Source: Alistipes sp.
GTDB lineage: Bacteria; Bacteroidota; Bacteroidia; Bacteroidales; Rikenellaceae
Assembly: GCA_045635325.1 (NCBI GenBank)
Contig: JAZRBZ010000016.1
Span: 15,359 to 79,358, forward strand
DNA length: 64,000 bases
Direction: 5' to 3'
The notes below the pieces were generated by a model. The model made no database searches and was not told the origin of the DNA. It was given only the letters and a program-made list of their open reading frames with translations. Shown here piece after piece: positions 62,160 through 64,000 of the stretch (position 1 is the stretch's first letter; the number at the start of each line of letters is the position of its first letter). Position numbers and translations under genes: made by a program.

Positions 62160-64000
62160 ATGGAAGAAAAGAAATTGTACAATGCTGTACAGAAGTTCAT
62201 TCCGCTTGAGGGTGGACGTGAGATTATGATCGAGACCGGTAAGTTGGCAAAGCAGGCCGACGGTTCGGTTGTCGTAAAACAGGGCGACACGATGTTGCTC
62301 GCTACCGTAGTTGCGGCGAAGGATGCCAAAGAGGGCACCGACTTTATGCCGTTGCAGGTAGAGTACAAAGAGAAGTTTGCTGCCGCAGGTCGTATTCCGG
62401 GTGGTTTTATGAAGCGCGAGGGTAAGGCCAGCGATAACGAGGTGCTCGTAGCACGTCTTATCGACCGTGCGTTGCGTCCGCTCTTCCCGTCGGACTACCA
62501 CGCAGAGGTTTATGTTACCGTAAACCTTATCTCGGCAGACAAGGATATTCAGGCAGACGCGTTGGCAGGTTTGGCTGCATCGGCTGCGCTGGCTGTTTCG
62601 GACATTCCGTTCGGCGGTCCTATCTCGGAGGTACGCGTGGCTCGCATTAATGGCGAGTACTGCATCAACCCTACATTCTCGCAGATGCAGGATGTTGATT
62701 TGGATATTATGGTCGGCGGTACGATCGACAATATCCTGATGGTAGAGGGTGAGATGAAGGAGGTATCCGAGGAGGTTATGCTCGGTGCTATCAAGTACGC
62801 TCACGAGGCAATCAAGGAGCACTGCGCCGTTCAGATCGAGTTGATGAAGGAGCTCGGCAAGGATGTTAAGCGCGAGTACTGCCACGAGACCAACGACGAG
62901 GAGTTGCGTCAGACGATCATCACCGAGTTGTACGACAAGGCATACGCTATCGCTACCAGCGGTACGATGAAGCACGAGCGTAGCGAGGCATTCGACGCTC
63001 TGGAGGCAGAGTTCGCAGCTCGCTATACCGAGGAGGAGTTGGAGGAGAAGGCACCGCTTATCCACAAGTATTTCCACGACGATGTGCAGAAGAAGGCAAT
63101 GCGTAATATGATTCTCGACGAGGGCAAGCGTCTGGATGGTCGTCGCACGGACGAGATTCGTCCTATCTGGTGCGAGACTAACTACCTGCCTTGCGCTCAC
63201 GGTTCGGCTATCTTCACCCGTGGTGAGACGCAGTCGCTCTCGACCGTTACACTCGGTACGAAGCTCGACGAGAAGATGTACGACGAGGTACTCATCCAGG
63301 GTACAGAGCAGTTCACGCTCCACTATAACTTCCCTCCGTTCTCGACCGGTGAGGCAAAGGCATCGCGCGGTGTAAGCCGTCGTGAGATTGGCCACGGCCA
63401 CTTGGCTTGGCGTGCGTTGAAGCCGATGGTGCCACTGGGCGAGGAGAACCCTTACGCAGTACGCGTAGTGTCGGATATCCTCGAGTCGAACGGTTCGTCG
63501 TCGATGGCTACCGTATGTGCTGGCTGTATGGCGTTGATGGATGCAGGTGTTAAGCTCAAGAAACCGGTATCGGGTATCGCAATGGGTCTGATCTCGGATA
63601 GCGCAACGGGCCGTTGGGCAGTGTTGTCGGATATCCTCGGCGATGAGGACCACTTGGGCGATATGGACTTCAAGGTTACGGGTACTCGCGACGGTATCAC
63701 TGCAACGCAGATGGATATCAAGGTTGACGGTCTCTCGTACGAGGTTTTGGCAAAGGCGTTGGAGCAGGCACGCGTAGGCCGTCTGCACATCCTCGATAAG
63801 ATTACCGAGACAATCGCCGAGCCACGCGAGGATTACAAGCCATTTGTACCACGCATCGAGCAGATTCTCATCGATAAGGACTTTATCGGTGCTGTTATCG
63901 GCCCTGGCGGTAAGGTAATTCAGGATATTCAGAAGACTACCGGTACGACTATCACCATCACCGAGAACGACAAGCACGGTGTGGTAGACGTATTCGGTCA
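62160..64000 (+). CDS. pnp: Polyribonucleotide nucleotidyltransferase (PNPase), runs off the window end
   Basis: Read by hand from ATG 62160: [54 protein letters not shown]; follows rpsO. Confidence 0.96.
   Translation, partial: MEEKKLYNAVQKFIPLEGGREIMIETGKLAKQADGSVVVKQGDTMLLATVVAAKDAKEGTDFMPLQVEYKEKFAAAGRIPGGFMKREGKASDNEVLVARLIDRALRPLFPSDYHAEVYVTVNLISADKDIQADALAGLAASAALAVSDIPFGGPISEVRVARINGEYCINPTFSQMQDVDLDIMVGGTIDNILMVEGEMKEVSEEVMLGAIKYAHEAIKEHCAVQIELMKELGKDVKREYCHETNDEELRQTIITELYDKAYAIATSGTMKHERSEAFDALEAEFAARYTEEELEEKAPLIHKYFHDDVQKKAMRNMILDEGKRLDGRRTDEIRPIWCETNYLPCAHGSAIFTRGETQSLSTVTLGTKLDEKMYDEVLIQGTEQFTLHYNFPPFSTGEAKASRGVSRREIGHGHLAWRALKPMVPLGEENPYAVRVVSDILESNGSSSMATVCAGCMALMDAGVKLKKPVSGIAMGLISDSATGRWAVLSDILGDEDHLGDMDFKVTGTRDGITATQMDIKVDGLSYEVLAKALEQARVGRLHILDKITETIAEPREDYKPFVPRIEQILIDKDFIGAVIGPGGKVIQDIQKTTGTTITITENDKHGVVDVFG

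Overview
A 64 kb stretch of core chromosome from a Bacteroidota bacterium, most likely Rikenellaceae/Alistipes-like. This assignment is inferred from TTTG-N19/20-TAnnTTTG promoters, the DUF4295-rpmG-rpmB cluster and the lipoprotein repertoire. Most genes are housekeeping: mreBCD-mrdA, pgi, pyrH, frr, rpsA, rpmB/G, lysS, tpiA, queA, galE, deoC, pdxA, thrS-infC, rpsO-pnp. The window also has an RND efflux operon, surface lipoproteins and a LuxE-like/LicD/GT2 cluster. No integrase, transposase, cas gene or true CRISPR array was seen. The most unusual signals are non-coding. (1) Downstream of tRNA-Thr(GGT), the tRNA's 3' 19 bp recurs at 198/200-bp period. The two intervening non-coding cassettes differ in sequence but fold by eye into the same four-way junction, suggesting a tRNA-anchored array of structured mini-elements. 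(2) A decamer array at 7.7-7.9 kb has variable spacers that are all C-hairpin-T units. (3) A dispersed 10-bp-period TAAGGTCRAK repeat family lies downstream of four genes, always on the sense strand of the upstream gene. (4) A ~120-nt hairpin follows tpiA. All structures were paired by eye; no database searches or folding programs were run.
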